DNA of 43,770 nt from a virus: the IMG/VR virus record IMGVR_UViG_3300045988_064273, one strand, 5' to 3'. Position 1 is the first letter of the stretch; each line of letters begins with the position of its first letter. The notes beneath the pieces are model-generated. The model worked only from the letters and a program-made list of their open reading frames with translations, did not search any database and was not told the origin of the DNA. Shown one piece after another: positions 6,330 to 16,014 of this stretch. Made by a program: the position numbers and the translations under genes.

Positions 6330-8072
6330 TTAGCCGTACACCCAGCATATCTGCCCGTTTACAGTCGGCGTCGATTCCGCACTTGCAAAATACTGATTGC
6401 GCAGTGCAGGCGTTCCGACCGCTACACCGTCGGTCGCGTACTTCGCCTTGTTGACGGTTTGACTTGCTATGTTCGATGTGGTGATAGCCGTGGATTTGTC
6501 CTGCTTTGTGTCTTGCAGGTTTTTGTCGGCTGATATCCACGTATACCCCGTAGCCGCCGCCGCTGTGCAGTGATAAACAAGCTTTGCCGCCGTGTCGATG
6601 TAGGTTTGGCCGACTACACCGACGGTCGATGTCGTTGGCGGCGCGGTGCCGATGATGGGCTGAGGTAGATCGTCAAGCGCCGCCTTTACGCCTCCCGAAG
6701 TTATCGGGTTTGTGCTGCCTGCCGTGGGTGCTGTGTCGAATGTCAAAGCGTTCTGCTTTCCGTTCCACGCCGTCCTCTCCGCGGCGGTAATGTGCTTAGC
6801 TGTGTTTTGCGCGTGGGTATTCAGATTGTCCTGTACGGTCTCTGCCGCGCCCTGCGCGTCCGCTCCGACCATTGCGGCGGTGTAGTCGCCCGTCTGGGGC
6901 GCAACAGCTCCGGAGCGCCCGTTGAAGCTTGAAACACCGCCTCCGGCAACTCCCTGTGCGGCCATAGCCCAATACTTGGCGTTGTTCGTGTCCTCGCCGG
7001 TTCGCGTGCCTGTGCCGCCGACTGCCCAGCTCTCGGACAGCTTGCTGCTCGCCTGTGCGCTTTGTGCACTCGCTCCGGCGCTCTGTGCGCTCCCCGCCGC
7101 CGCGCTCTTGGCGCTCTCTGCGTCTGTCTTGGCGCTCTGTGCGGAAGTATTCGCGGCCTCGGCATCTGCTTTCGCGGTCTGCGCCGAGGTGTTTGCAGTC
7201 TCGGCCTTGCTCTGCGCCGTCTGTGCCGCTGCTTTTGCCGACTCTGCGGCGGATTTTGCCGACTGCGCGGAAGCATTCGCGCTCTCGGCGCTTGCCCCTG
7301 CCGTGACCGCCGCTGCTTTCGCGCTCTCTGCGGCTGCCTTTGCGCTCTGTGCCGCCTGAGCCGCGGTCTGAGCCGCCGTGGCCTTTTCTGTGGCCGTCTG
7401 AACGCTCTGTGCGCTTGCAGTCTCGCTGGCCGCTGCCGATGCAGCCGACTCTGCCGCCGCTGATGCCGAGCCGGAAGCCGATGCTGCCGCGCTTTCTGCT
7501 GCGGTCTGTGCGCTCTCCGCTTTGCCTTGGGCAGTCTCGGCCTTGCTCTGCGCGGTTTCCGCTTTGCCCTGTGCGGTCTCGGCTGCTGCCTGTGCCGTCT
7601 CCGCTGCTGCCTGCGCATCCTCGGCTTTGCCCTGTGCGGTTTCTGCCGCTGTCTGCGCGTCCTTTGCCGCCTGTGCCGACTGTGCCGCCGCCGACTGCAC
7701 CTGCGCCCAGATGGGCAGTGTGCCGGTCGATACGTCCTCATATCCCTCATAGCCCTTGCGTATCTTGCCGACCGTCGCCCACACCGTAGGTATCGCGACC
7801 GTGTTGGCGTTGTCTGCGCCGTACACGCCGACCATAAGTATCTCGTCGCTTTTCGCAAGACATTCCTGCGGAATGGAGCAGACGTTGTTTTCCCAATACG
7901 AATCGAGCACGACCTTTGTAACGTCGCCTGCCGTGAATATCGCGGTTCTGCTTATTCCCGAATGCCAATCGGCTGAAAACTCGAATTTTATCTTTGCATT
8001 TATCATGCCGCTGGTCAAGGTTTCGTTTTCCGTCACCGTCGCCAGCGCTTTGCCGATCATGATTGTTGTCAA
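6330..8072 (-). CDS. Tail fibre protein with a ~210-aa Ala-rich heptad (AETAQGK-type) shaft
   Basis: Long low-complexity helix plus SFNGRSGAV..GDYTA, a common fibre motif. Start is TTG 8072 (SD AGGAGG, 8-nt spacer) or ATG 8060; the ORF extends to 8150. Confidence 0.7.
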   Translation of the reverse strand: MTTIMIGKALATVTENETLTSGMINAKIKFEFSADWHSGISRTAIFTAGDVTKVVLDSYWENNVCSIPQECLAKSDEILMVGVYGADNANTVAIPTVWATVGKIRKGYEGYEDVSTGTLPIWAQVQSAAAQSAQAAKDAQTAAETAQGKAEDAQAAAETAQAAAETAQGKAETAQSKAETAQGKAESAQTAAESAAASASGSASAAAESAASAAASETASAQSVQTATEKATAAQTAAQAAQSAKAAAESAKAAAVTAGASAESANASAQSAKSAAESAKAAAQTAQSKAETANTSAQTAKADAEAANTSAQSAKTDAESAKSAAAGSAQSAGASAQSAQASSKLSESWAVGGTGTRTGEDTNNAKYWAMAAQGVAGGGVSSFNGRSGAVAPQTGDYTAAMVGADAQGAAETVQDNLNTHAQNTAKHITAAERTAWNGKQNALTFDTAPTAGSTNPITSGGVKAALDDLPQPIIGTAPPTTSTVGVVGQTYIDTAAKLVYHCTAAAATGYTWISADKNLQDTKQDKSTAITTSNIASQTVNKAKYATDGVAVGTPALRNQYFASAESTPTVNGQICWVYG

Positions 8073-8107
8073 AAGGCTTTTCCTCCTTTTTCGCTTCTTG
8101 ATTTCAG

Positions 8108-8145
8108 CATAACAAAAGAAGGCAGGGCTTATTAAGCCCCACCTT
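8108..8145 (-). terminator. Rho-independent terminator after the giant gene
   Basis: - strand AAGGTGGGGCTT-aat-AAGCCCTGCCTT (12 bp including 2 G-U pairs) followed by CTTTTGTTAT. Confidence 0.65.
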
Positions 8146-8163
8146 CGCATGTTTTTTAACTTT
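8133..8163 (-). repeat. Late-junction element, copy a (AAAGTTAAAAAA-CATGCG-AAGGTGGGGCTTA)
   Basis: Shares an A-tract, 6 nt and AAGGTGGGGCT(G/T)A with 23019-23050 and 27232-27262. Confidence 0.6.
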
Positions 8164-11100
8164 CGTCGTTCTCTTTGCGCTTATAATATTCCTGCGCATG
8201 GTCGATTATCCCCTGCGCCGGGTTTGAACTCTTATAGGCCGCCATTTGCCAATCGTAAACCTTGTCGTACTCGTTGTTGACCTCGTACTTGGCGATTTGG
8301 TCTGCGTATTTGTATACATAACTGAGCATGTATGCCTTTTCGGCATCGGATGCGCGAGAATATGCGCTGCTGTTTATTATCTTTTTTGCCAGATCATAAG
8401 AGGTTCGTCCCCTGACCGTTGCATACTTCACATATTCCTCAGCCGTCAAAAATTCGCCGTTGATTTTTGTTTTTACAGCCGCGCGACCGGGATATACGCC
8501 GGTTTCGCCCAGATCATAAAGCCGTTTGAGCTCGCCGTCTATCTCGGTGCTGCGCTCCTTCTTGACGTATGCCGGATTTACAAAGTTGTTGAGCACCCTC
8601 TCAAACAGGTTGCCGGTTTCCTCTGTACGTCCCCATGCGTCAATGTACGGTATCTGGCTGAAATCATAAAACGGTATCTTGTTGGCGATCTTGCCCCACA
8701 TATATTGCAGCTCTGAGCCGACATTGCTGTTGCGGTCAATATACGTTGTTTCTCGCTGATTTTCTCCAAACGCTCTTTCGGCCTGCCCGAACAGCGTCGG
8801 GAAATACTGTGATATGTAGTTTGTCGCCATGCTCGTTACGATTTTGAACGAACCCTGTCCTTGCTTTATGTAGGCAAGGTTATCAAACAGATCGTTGACG
8901 CTTTGAAGCATTGACATTTCAAACATCGGCGTGCTGAGGCTCATGACGGAACTCATAAGGTTCTGAACAAAGCCGTTATCCTCGCTTTTGCCGCTGAGCG
9001 AATTATACAGTTCAACGCCCACGAATAGCGGCATGCTTTCCGGCGCGAGCCAGTCAAGCGTGATGCTTAGACCGCCTATGTTAAGCGCATAGTTTTGACT
9101 TCCGCCCAGCTCGTCAAACTTGTTTTGTTTATCGTCGTCTCCGGGACTGCCGCTGAATAATCCCCACGATGCCAGAAGAATACCCAATCCAACAAGCGCA
9201 GTGCCAGTCAGCCCGGCTGAAACGTCGTCGATAAACTGTGCCGGTGACATTCCGTTTTCTACATCGCCGTTTACATACGCCTTGACTTTCTTCGTGTCAA
9301 CGGCGAGCGACTTTATAAGCCCTACGGGCGAGTATTCCACCGCTCTCACGAGTATGTTTGCCGGTGTTTTTTTGAACGGCAAAACACCCTCTATCAGCGC
9401 GGAAGCGATCTTGTTATCGACCTTGCCGAGCCTGCTGACCATTGCCGAAAATCTGTTTGTGTCGCGGTAAGTCGCTTTCTGGGCTTCCTTTACCGCAACG
9501 GTCTGAGCTTTTATTATCGTGCTTTCGGGTACCTTGCCGGTGTTGAGCTGTTCGGCGGTTATGCCGTTTGCCTTGTACCATTTCGCGAGCGCGTTGGCGT
9601 ATGCAGGTTTACAAAACCATGCGTCCTCCGCGTCAAGCAGGTTTGAATTGCCCTTGCGTGCCGCCTCAAGGATTTTGGTTTTGTAAATCGTCCTTTTCTT
9701 GTCTATGCCCTGGAATGTATCGACATACTTGCCGCCCGAGAGTATAGTCTCCTGCATCGCTTCATAATCGGTCATTGCATACTTTATAAGTGCCACGTCA
9801 TTTGCGTTATTGCGGTTGAGCATGGCTTTGCTGCGCTCTATGCCTCCGTTCACTTTGCTGTCGGCGACATTTTCAAGGCCGTATGCTATGGTGTTTTTGA
9901 CTGCCCTGACCGGCACGAAAAATGCGTTGCCCACGATGTTTCTGACATGTGTACGAGGATTGCCCAGCATTGCGAGGTATCTGAAATTGTTGAGCTTTTC
10001 ATACCATGTCGCGTCTATCTGCTGTGCTACGCTCTGCTCGATTTTCGCCCATGCGGTCTTTATGCCATCCTCGTCGCCGCTTCTGAGTGCTTTACCGTAC
10101 TCGTCATACAGCACCTTGTCAACGTGTATATCCGCTTTGTTGTCCTTGTATTTCTCGTTAAGGTCTTCCTCTATAGTCTCAACGGACTTTGCGGCAAGAT
10201 ACAGTTTGCATTCGGGAGAGAGCTTGTTGAGTATGCGCATCGCCTGCAAAGACTGCGCCGTATTCGTCGAGTTTTTCACCATAAGTGAAGCAATATCCAG
10301 CGCGGTTGCATAATCTCCGCTGTTGACGGCGTTATTGTACAGAGCAATACCCATAACGGTATTGTCCTTCGATACCTTACCGGCATTTATCTGTGCCTTG
10401 TAATCGGCAAGCGCCTGTTCCCAGCCGTTAGCCTCTATCGTGATCTCGGCTTTTTTGAGCGCTGCCTCGTCGGAATAGGCTATGTGTGAGAATTTGCCCT
10501 GTGCCGCGTCCTCGCGTAGTGCGTCGGAAAACTCTGCCGGGGTAACGCCGCTGTTTGCGAGTGTGGAAACATGCTTGCTCGTGAGCTTGCCGTTCAGATC
10601 TTCCTTGGGTATCTCCTGCGGCGCTCTGTGCTGCTGCTCGGCAAGGTTTGCTTCCTGCTCTCGGCTTATCGGATGCAGCGCGTTGTTGCCCTTGCCCTGA
10701 GCCTCAGTTACCCAGCGCTCGCCTCTTGTTTCCTCGCCCGTGAACTCTGCCGAAGCCGCGCCCATGCCTTCGGGCAGCGAATTTTCTGCCGTTCTATCCT
10801 TTACCCTCGTAAGGACATTGTCCAAAGCCTTGATATTGACATAATCGCTGAGTTTTCTGTGTTCCTCTGCATACTTTCTGCTAAGCAGGGTAAAACGATT
10901 TCGGGCTGTCGCTATGGCGTTTTTGTCACCGCTGCTCTCTGCCGTCAACACTTCCTGACGCGCCGCGTCGAGCTTTTCGGCAATGCCGCTGACCTTGTCA
11001 TACTGGCGCTTATAGTCCTTTATAAGGCCGCGCTCGTTCTCGTTTGCTGCGTCCTCGTTTGTCGCCTGAGCAAGCATGGTTTCATTCTGCCGCCGCAGCT

Positions 11101-14100
11101 CGGTAATGCTCTCCGGCTCTCGGGAAAAATGCGCATCCGGCACGTCATTTGCGATCTTCATTCGGGCTGCATCGTCTCCGGCTCTGTATTCTTCGACGGC
11201 ATTTATTCCTGCTTCTTTAAGTGCCTTGCGCAGCGTATCCGACGATGTGTCGGGGATAATGACCTTGCGTATCTCGTCGAAGCCGACCACGCGTTCAGGC
11301 TTTGCCTCGAAGATGTTGACCGGCATATTATTAACGTCAAACAGCAGCGCAACTATATCGCTCGCCATTTTATCGGTAAGCGGATAGTTATACTTCTTGA
11401 AAAGCGCTTTCACGTTCGCGGGGCTAACATATTTAAGCTCCGTTGCCTCCATAAACACTTCGCCTATAGAGTCCAATTCCATAAGCTCGTTACTGTAGCC
11501 GCTGTGGGGAACGAGGTTATAAATGTCGTGCATGAGCTCGGAAAGCCTGCTGTCAAGCGCATCGGATATTTGGCTTGCTTCCTCCGCTGTCAGGTGCTTC
11601 AGGCGTCCTTCAAGCTTGTGCATATCTTCGACGCTCTTGAAGCGCTCGGCAGTACCTGCACGCAGACTTTTAACGCCGTGGAAGCCCATAACGTTTCGTG
11701 AGTTTCCGTCGCCCTGCGAAGCCATTGCCTTTACTATGCCGTCAAGTGTATTCGGATAATGCGTAGCCTTGAAGCTTCGTCTATTTCCGCTTGAAGTGTA
11801 ATAATCTTTGTTGTTATAAAAACCGCTGTCCTTTACTGCGTCGCCGTACAGGTCATTGAGCCACTTAATATATTCGCCGCTGTCAACGGCTTTTCTTATA
11901 GCAATGTTTGTCGCGTCAATATCGACTTCGGTTTTTCGGGTCTCAGCACCATCCTTGAGATATTTACGCGCATTGGTTGCTTCCTTGATAAGCTCTGCCG
12001 GTTTCATTGCATCAACTACGGATTTTGCCGTTTTCGCATCAATTCCGTCTTTGGTGTAATACTGCTCGAACGCCGCTTTAAGCGCATCTCCGTGCTTTGC
12101 AAACCATGCCTTTCGCGCAGCGAATGGAGCTTCATTATGTTTTGCAGCCATGTCGTTGAGAACATCCGCGCCGAGCGTGTTTATCAGCGCATCATATACC
12201 TCGATCTGATTATCCGTAAGCCGCGTTATCGTTTCGGTTTTCACCGATTCAACAGGCGTTCTGCCGGTGTCAGCAAGGTATATCTGCATCATCCGCGTGT
12301 CATCGGCAAATTTATCTATTAGCCCCTCCACGCCGCCGTATTTCGTGAGTGTGTCATCAAGGTAATTGGCAGACTCATATAACGGACTCACAAAATCATG
12401 ACCATGTTTTTTCTCAAGCTCGTAATATTTGCGTCGTATTCTCTGAGCCGCCTTTTCGTTTGCCTCGTATTCCATGCGCGGGAAAAGCGGAGTCCATGCA
12501 TCTGCTGAGTAAACGGTGTTGCGCCTGTCAAACTTCGGGTCAACTGTTTCCTTGCCGAAAACGACGGTGATATTGCCGAAATTCGTGTGCGGTATATCGC
12601 TTTTTGTTATTGCGATACTCGGCATCGGAAAACCGCCGAGTTTGAGCGTTTTCAGAAGCTTTGTCTCGTCAAGATTGTGCAGCGCGATAAGATTTTTCTT
12701 CTGCTCTATCGGCGCTTCCATGGAAAATTTCTTGACAGCGGCATCAGCAAATGATACACTACGGATGAGACCAAACTTGGTTCCCCCGAACGGCGTAGAG
12801 CGCCCTAAGGCATTGAACCATGCTTTGGTTTCTTTTTTATTCTCTCCGAGGTAAAGGATATTGCTGTCGTTTAAAAGTTTATCTAAATTGTGAGAGCGTG
12901 AGCCCACACTTCTTATTTTGTTAACAAGCGTAATGCTGTTACGCCTCTTTGTAGAATTAACGCGCAATGCAACTACTATAGGGTTACCATTCGCATCAAA
13001 TACCTGACCAAAAACCATAACTGTATTGTCATATGATTCTGATATTGCAATAGGGTGCTGCAAAATCTCAGGTATTTGTTTAATAACAGATTTCGTGATT
13101 TCGCCTTTTTCAAGAAGCTGTTTTGCCGCCTTGCTTTGGTCGAACCAAATATCTGTATTTGGTATTCCTACTTTCAACAGCGGGTCAGAAACTCCGCCGA
13201 CTCTGAATGCACCGCCATGGTCTTTGCCGTCCCACTGGTCTATCTGTCTGGCAAAATACTTATCTTCTGCTTGCCGCGAGAACATAACCCCGCTCTTCGG
13301 CGGTGCTCTGCCTTTGTTCGCAGTCTCGGCGGTGTGCTTGCGGAAGCTCTCCTGTACCTTGCCGTAGTTTGCGCTGTCGTGCTCCGTTCCGGCAAAGATG
13401 TTTATCTTGCCCAGCGCGTCACAGCACATTTCCTCGAACGCCTCGGCCTCGCTTATCGTGTCGCCGTATGCGTGTCTGTAGACCTCAACAGCGCTGTTAA
13501 GCTCTTTCTCCGAGAGGTCTGAAAGCATAGCGCTGCGCAGCTCGTCAAGGCTTATATCGCCCTGTGCGATTGCCGCGTGCCCCATCTCGTGGCGCATTAT
13601 CTGCTCTGCGGATATGTCGGGATGGTCTGAACGCACCATAACGGTTTTGCTCTCGGTATCGACCATGCCTCTGAACTCGCCGCCGCTGTCCTTGATATTG
13701 CCGCCCTCGAAATATGTGACGTTATAGCCGTAGCTTTTTGCAAGCTCACGGCCTTTTTTCATGCTCTCGGTGTCCTCGCCGGAGTAGTAGACGTTTTCCT
13801 GCTCTACGCCGTTATAGACTACTTTTTGCTCAGTTTTGCCTTGAGCTGCGCTATAACCGCTTTGTCTGCCGCTATCTGTTCCGGCGTAAGCTTCGACTGT
13901 GCCTCTTTCCACTGAGGGTATTTGTCCTTCGGTATTCTGACCGTTAAGCCGTTGGCCGCTGTCGCGTAGACGTACTCCATTATTGTTTACCTCCTGTGTG
14001 TTTATCTGGTTGTTTACCTGTGTGCTTACATTATCACCCTGCGCCGCCGCATTGTCAACCGCCGCCTGAGTTGTAGATGCACCCATGTTATAGGCTATCT

Positions 14101-15994
14101 CCGCCTGTGCGCGGTTCAGAACGGGCACTTTGGTGAGCGACTCTTTGTTCGCGCCCTGCTGCCCCATCTGATACACAGCATCAAACGCCATTTCAAACGC
14201 CTCGGGAGACTCGACGGGATTTAAATTGTACACTCTGCTCACAAACTCAGGCGTTGCATCTATCTTTGCCGCAACATTGTTTATGCTCTTGCTTACAGCT
14301 TCATTATTTGAAACGTTTGTGTTAACAGGCGCGGACATCTCCGAGCGTTGAGCAACATAATTCCTCAACTCGGATAACTGCTGTTCTCTGTTCAGCGCAG
14401 CATGCGGCAACGCCGGGCTTTCCTTATTGAGTTGTGTTTCCGGCGCCGACTGAACAGCAGTACCCTCATTTACCTGCGCTTTCTCGTTAGCTTGTGCAAG
14501 CCTATAAAGCTCGTTGCCGCTAAGCTGTTTGCCGTTATTTAGTTTTTCGTCGTATTTCCTTGCAAGCTCATAGCTTTTAGTGCCTCGTTCGCTTTCCAGT
14601 CCTTCGTCAACTAACTCTCGCTGAGAATTGCCGTATAATCTTTGCCCGGTTTCTCCGCGCTGCTTTGCTCTGTATGCCGCATTTATGCCGGTTGTAGGGA
14701 GACCGAGCAAAGTCGAAACGACCGCCGCGCCGGTAGCTTCCTCAAGCGCCGCCTTTGGATTGATTATAGAGTTTTCATCGTTTGCGTCATACAGCGGCAC
14801 GTCAGAGTATATACTCTTTAATCCTCTGCCCAAAATGCCCTGTATGATTTCCTCGCTTGCTTCTTCCCCGATGCTCTTAGCGTAGTTGAGAAGCAGACTT
14901 TTGTCGCCCTTATTAACAGCTTTTTTCACCCATTCGGGCAACTTCTGCAAGCCGCCAAGTTCGGAGACGCCGCCAAGTTCAGTAACCGCATTTCCTGCGC
15001 CATTCAGCGCAGCATAAACAAGCGCCTGCAAGTCATCCGCACCGTCTTGTTTAGCCTCGTCATAGCTTGAACCAAATGACGAGCCAAATATAACTTGCGC
15101 ATCCGGGCGCGTCGCAAACTGCTTTATCGCGTTCTGAGCTATAGCTCCGGTCTGGCTGAGTTTTGAGGCAGCCTGCCCAATCCGCGCAGCATTAGCAAGC
15201 GCGGCAGTGTCGACAGCAGTTGCAAGACCGCCGCCCATAAGAGTTGACGCCATCATTGCCGCCGCTTCGGAGGTCGCCGTGCTGTACTTATAAAGGGGGT
15301 TATCTGCATACGCAGCGTCGCGCTTTTGGCGGTATTCTATTTCTTTCTCACCGAGTTTATTAAAGGCTTTGATAGGGTTATCTTTAAAATTCAAGCCTTT
15401 AATTCCTAATGCATTATCCCCTGCAGCCTCTGCTATGCGGTCGCCGCCAAACATATACCAAAGCTCTTGCAAAGGGCCTCCGTCCTCGTCACCGAGGCTG
15501 GTAACAACATCAGCAGTGGAAACCAAGCTTTTGCTGAAATCGGTTAGGCCTACGTCAATGCCTCTGAGTATCTTTTTATACCACTCAATATCGCCTGCCG
15601 ATATCGCGTCGCTGCCTTTGGTGAGCTTTTCACCGCCTCCGGCCTGTTGCAGATATGCGTATCCGGGATTGTTGCGCTTAACTGCATCGCCATCCCACAC
15701 GCTGATATAGCCGTTGCCCTTGCCGGTTTCAATTTTCGAAGCCGCAGCTTTGCCTTTCGTTCCATCGCCGTATACTTTGCTATATACATATCCGGGATTG
15801 TTGCGCAAAAGTGCTTTTGACTTCTGCTCATCATCATAGGTTTTTGCTGCCGCACCGCTTTTTATTCTTGCAATATACTCACTGCGCCAATCTGAATTGG
15901 TGCTCTTGCTTTTTTCGCTGCTTGCATTGTCACCAACCCAGTTTTCATTAGCTTTCAGTTTCGCAATATATTTTTTTATGCTATTTGAAGCCAT
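8156..15994 (-). CDS. Giant multidomain virion protein (2612 aa) with a zincin HEMGH motif, probably a polyvalent ejected/internal protein
   Basis: One uninterrupted ORF. HEMGH is encoded at 13577-13591. TM segment GLTGTALVGLGILLASWGLF lies near nt 9150-9220. NNPGY(V/A)Y occurs twice at the N-terminus. Confidence 0.85.
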   Translation of the reverse strand: MASNSIKKYIAKLKANENWVGDNASSEKSKSTNSDWRSEYIARIKSGAAAKTYDDEQKSKALLRNNPGYVYSKVYGDGTKGKAAASKIETGKGNGYISVWDGDAVKRNNPGYAYLQQAGGGEKLTKGSDAISAGDIEWYKKILRGIDVGLTDFSKSLVSTADVVTSLGDEDGGPLQELWYMFGGDRIAEAAGDNALGIKGLNFKDNPIKAFNKLGEKEIEYRQKRDAAYADNPLYKYSTATSEAAAMMASTLMGGGLATAVDTAALANAARIGQAASKLSQTGAIAQNAIKQFATRPDAQVIFGSSFGSSYDEAKQDGADDLQALVYAALNGAGNAVTELGGVSELGGLQKLPEWVKKAVNKGDKSLLLNYAKSIGEEASEEIIQGILGRGLKSIYSDVPLYDANDENSIINPKAALEEATGAAVVSTLLGLPTTGINAAYRAKQRGETGQRLYGNSQRELVDEGLESERGTKSYELARKYDEKLNNGKQLSGNELYRLAQANEKAQVNEGTAVQSAPETQLNKESPALPHAALNREQQLSELRNYVAQRSEMSAPVNTNVSNNEAVSKSINNVAAKIDATPEFVSRVYNLNPVESPEAFEMAFDAVYQMGQQGANKESLTKVPVLNRAQAEIAYNMGASTTQAAVDNAAAQGDNVSTQVNNQINTQEVNNNGVRLRDSGQRLNGQNTEGQIPSVERGTVEAYAGTDSGRQSGYSAAQGKTEQKVVYNGVEQENVYYSGEDTESMKKGRELAKSYGYNVTYFEGGNIKDSGGEFRGMVDTESKTVMVRSDHPDISAEQIMRHEMGHAAIAQGDISLDELRSAMLSDLSEKELNSAVEVYRHAYGDTISEAEAFEEMCCDALGKINIFAGTEHDSANYGKVQESFRKHTAETANKGRAPPKSGVMFSRQAEDKYFARQIDQWDGKDHGGAFRVGGVSDPLLKVGIPNTDIWFDQSKAAKQLLEKGEITKSVIKQIPEILQHPIAISESYDNTVMVFGQVFDANGNPIVVALRVNSTKRRNSITLVNKIRSVGSRSHNLDKLLNDSNILYLGENKKETKAWFNALGRSTPFGGTKFGLIRSVSFADAAVKKFSMEAPIEQKKNLIALHNLDETKLLKTLKLGGFPMPSIAITKSDIPHTNFGNITVVFGKETVDPKFDRRNTVYSADAWTPLFPRMEYEANEKAAQRIRRKYYELEKKHGHDFVSPLYESANYLDDTLTKYGGVEGLIDKFADDTRMMQIYLADTGRTPVESVKTETITRLTDNQIEVYDALINTLGADVLNDMAAKHNEAPFAARKAWFAKHGDALKAAFEQYYTKDGIDAKTAKSVVDAMKPAELIKEATNARKYLKDGAETRKTEVDIDATNIAIRKAVDSGEYIKWLNDLYGDAVKDSGFYNNKDYYTSSGNRRSFKATHYPNTLDGIVKAMASQGDGNSRNVMGFHGVKSLRAGTAERFKSVEDMHKLEGRLKHLTAEEASQISDALDSRLSELMHDIYNLVPHSGYSNELMELDSIGEVFMEATELKYVSPANVKALFKKYNYPLTDKMASDIVALLFDVNNMPVNIFEAKPERVVGFDEIRKVIIPDTSSDTLRKALKEAGINAVEEYRAGDDAARMKIANDVPDAHFSREPESITELRRQNETMLAQATNEDAANENERGLIKDYKRQYDKVSGIAEKLDAARQEVLTAESSGDKNAIATARNRFTLLSRKYAEEHRKLSDYVNIKALDNVLTRVKDRTAENSLPEGMGAASAEFTGEETRGERWVTEAQGKGNNALHPISREQEANLAEQQHRAPQEIPKEDLNGKLTSKHVSTLANSGVTPAEFSDALREDAAQGKFSHIAYSDEAALKKAEITIEANGWEQALADYKAQINAGKVSKDNTVMGIALYNNAVNSGDYATALDIASLMVKNSTNTAQSLQAMRILNKLSPECKLYLAAKSVETIEEDLNEKYKDNKADIHVDKVLYDEYGKALRSGDEDGIKTAWAKIEQSVAQQIDATWYEKLNNFRYLAMLGNPRTHVRNIVGNAFFVPVRAVKNTIAYGLENVADSKVNGGIERSKAMLNRNNANDVALIKYAMTDYEAMQETILSGGKYVDTFQGIDKKRTIYKTKILEAARKGNSNLLDAEDAWFCKPAYANALAKWYKANGITAEQLNTGKVPESTIIKAQTVAVKEAQKATYRDTNRFSAMVSRLGKVDNKIASALIEGVLPFKKTPANILVRAVEYSPVGLIKSLAVDTKKVKAYVNGDVENGMSPAQFIDDVSAGLTGTALVGLGILLASWGLFSGSPGDDDKQNKFDELGGSQNYALNIGGLSITLDWLAPESMPLFVGVELYNSLSGKSEDNGFVQNLMSSVMSLSTPMFEMSMLQSVNDLFDNLAYIKQGQGSFKIVTSMATNYISQYFPTLFGQAERAFGENQRETTYIDRNSNVGSELQYMWGKIANKIPFYDFSQIPYIDAWGRTEETGNLFERVLNNFVNPAYVKKERSTEIDGELKRLYDLGETGVYPGRAAVKTKINGEFLTAEEYVKYATVRGRTSYDLAKKIINSSAYSRASDAEKAYMLSYVYKYADQIAKYEVNNEYDKVYDWQMAAYKSSNPAQGIIDHAQEYYKRKENDES

Positions 15995-16014
15995 TTAGCA
16001 CCTCTCGTACTTCA

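Noticed and set aside
6821-7858. Long alternative-frame and opposite-strand ORFs (345, 145, 133, 149 and 149 aa) over the fibre gene
   Set aside because: Their translations are Arg/Pro/Ala/Cys low-complexity strings produced by the GC-rich 21-nt periodic coding repeat of CDS 6330-8072. None has an SD. They are artefacts of the repeat.
10571-11701. 376-aa + strand ORF, plus many other + ORFs between 8246 and 15710, inside the giant gene
   Set aside because: They are antisense to an uninterrupted 7.8-kb ORF. The sequences are Leu/Ser/Cys/Arg-rich and antisense-like, with no SDs.
8156-15994. Giant protein as an N4-like virion RNA polymerase or crAss-like RNAP
   Set aside because: I found no T7-like motif B with correct spacing (R-x3-K-x7-YG); the nearest match is RAVKNTIAYG with the wrong spacing. 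I also found no DxDGD-type motif. The HEMGH zincin and TM helix fit a polyvalent ejected protein better. This remains unverified without profile searches.
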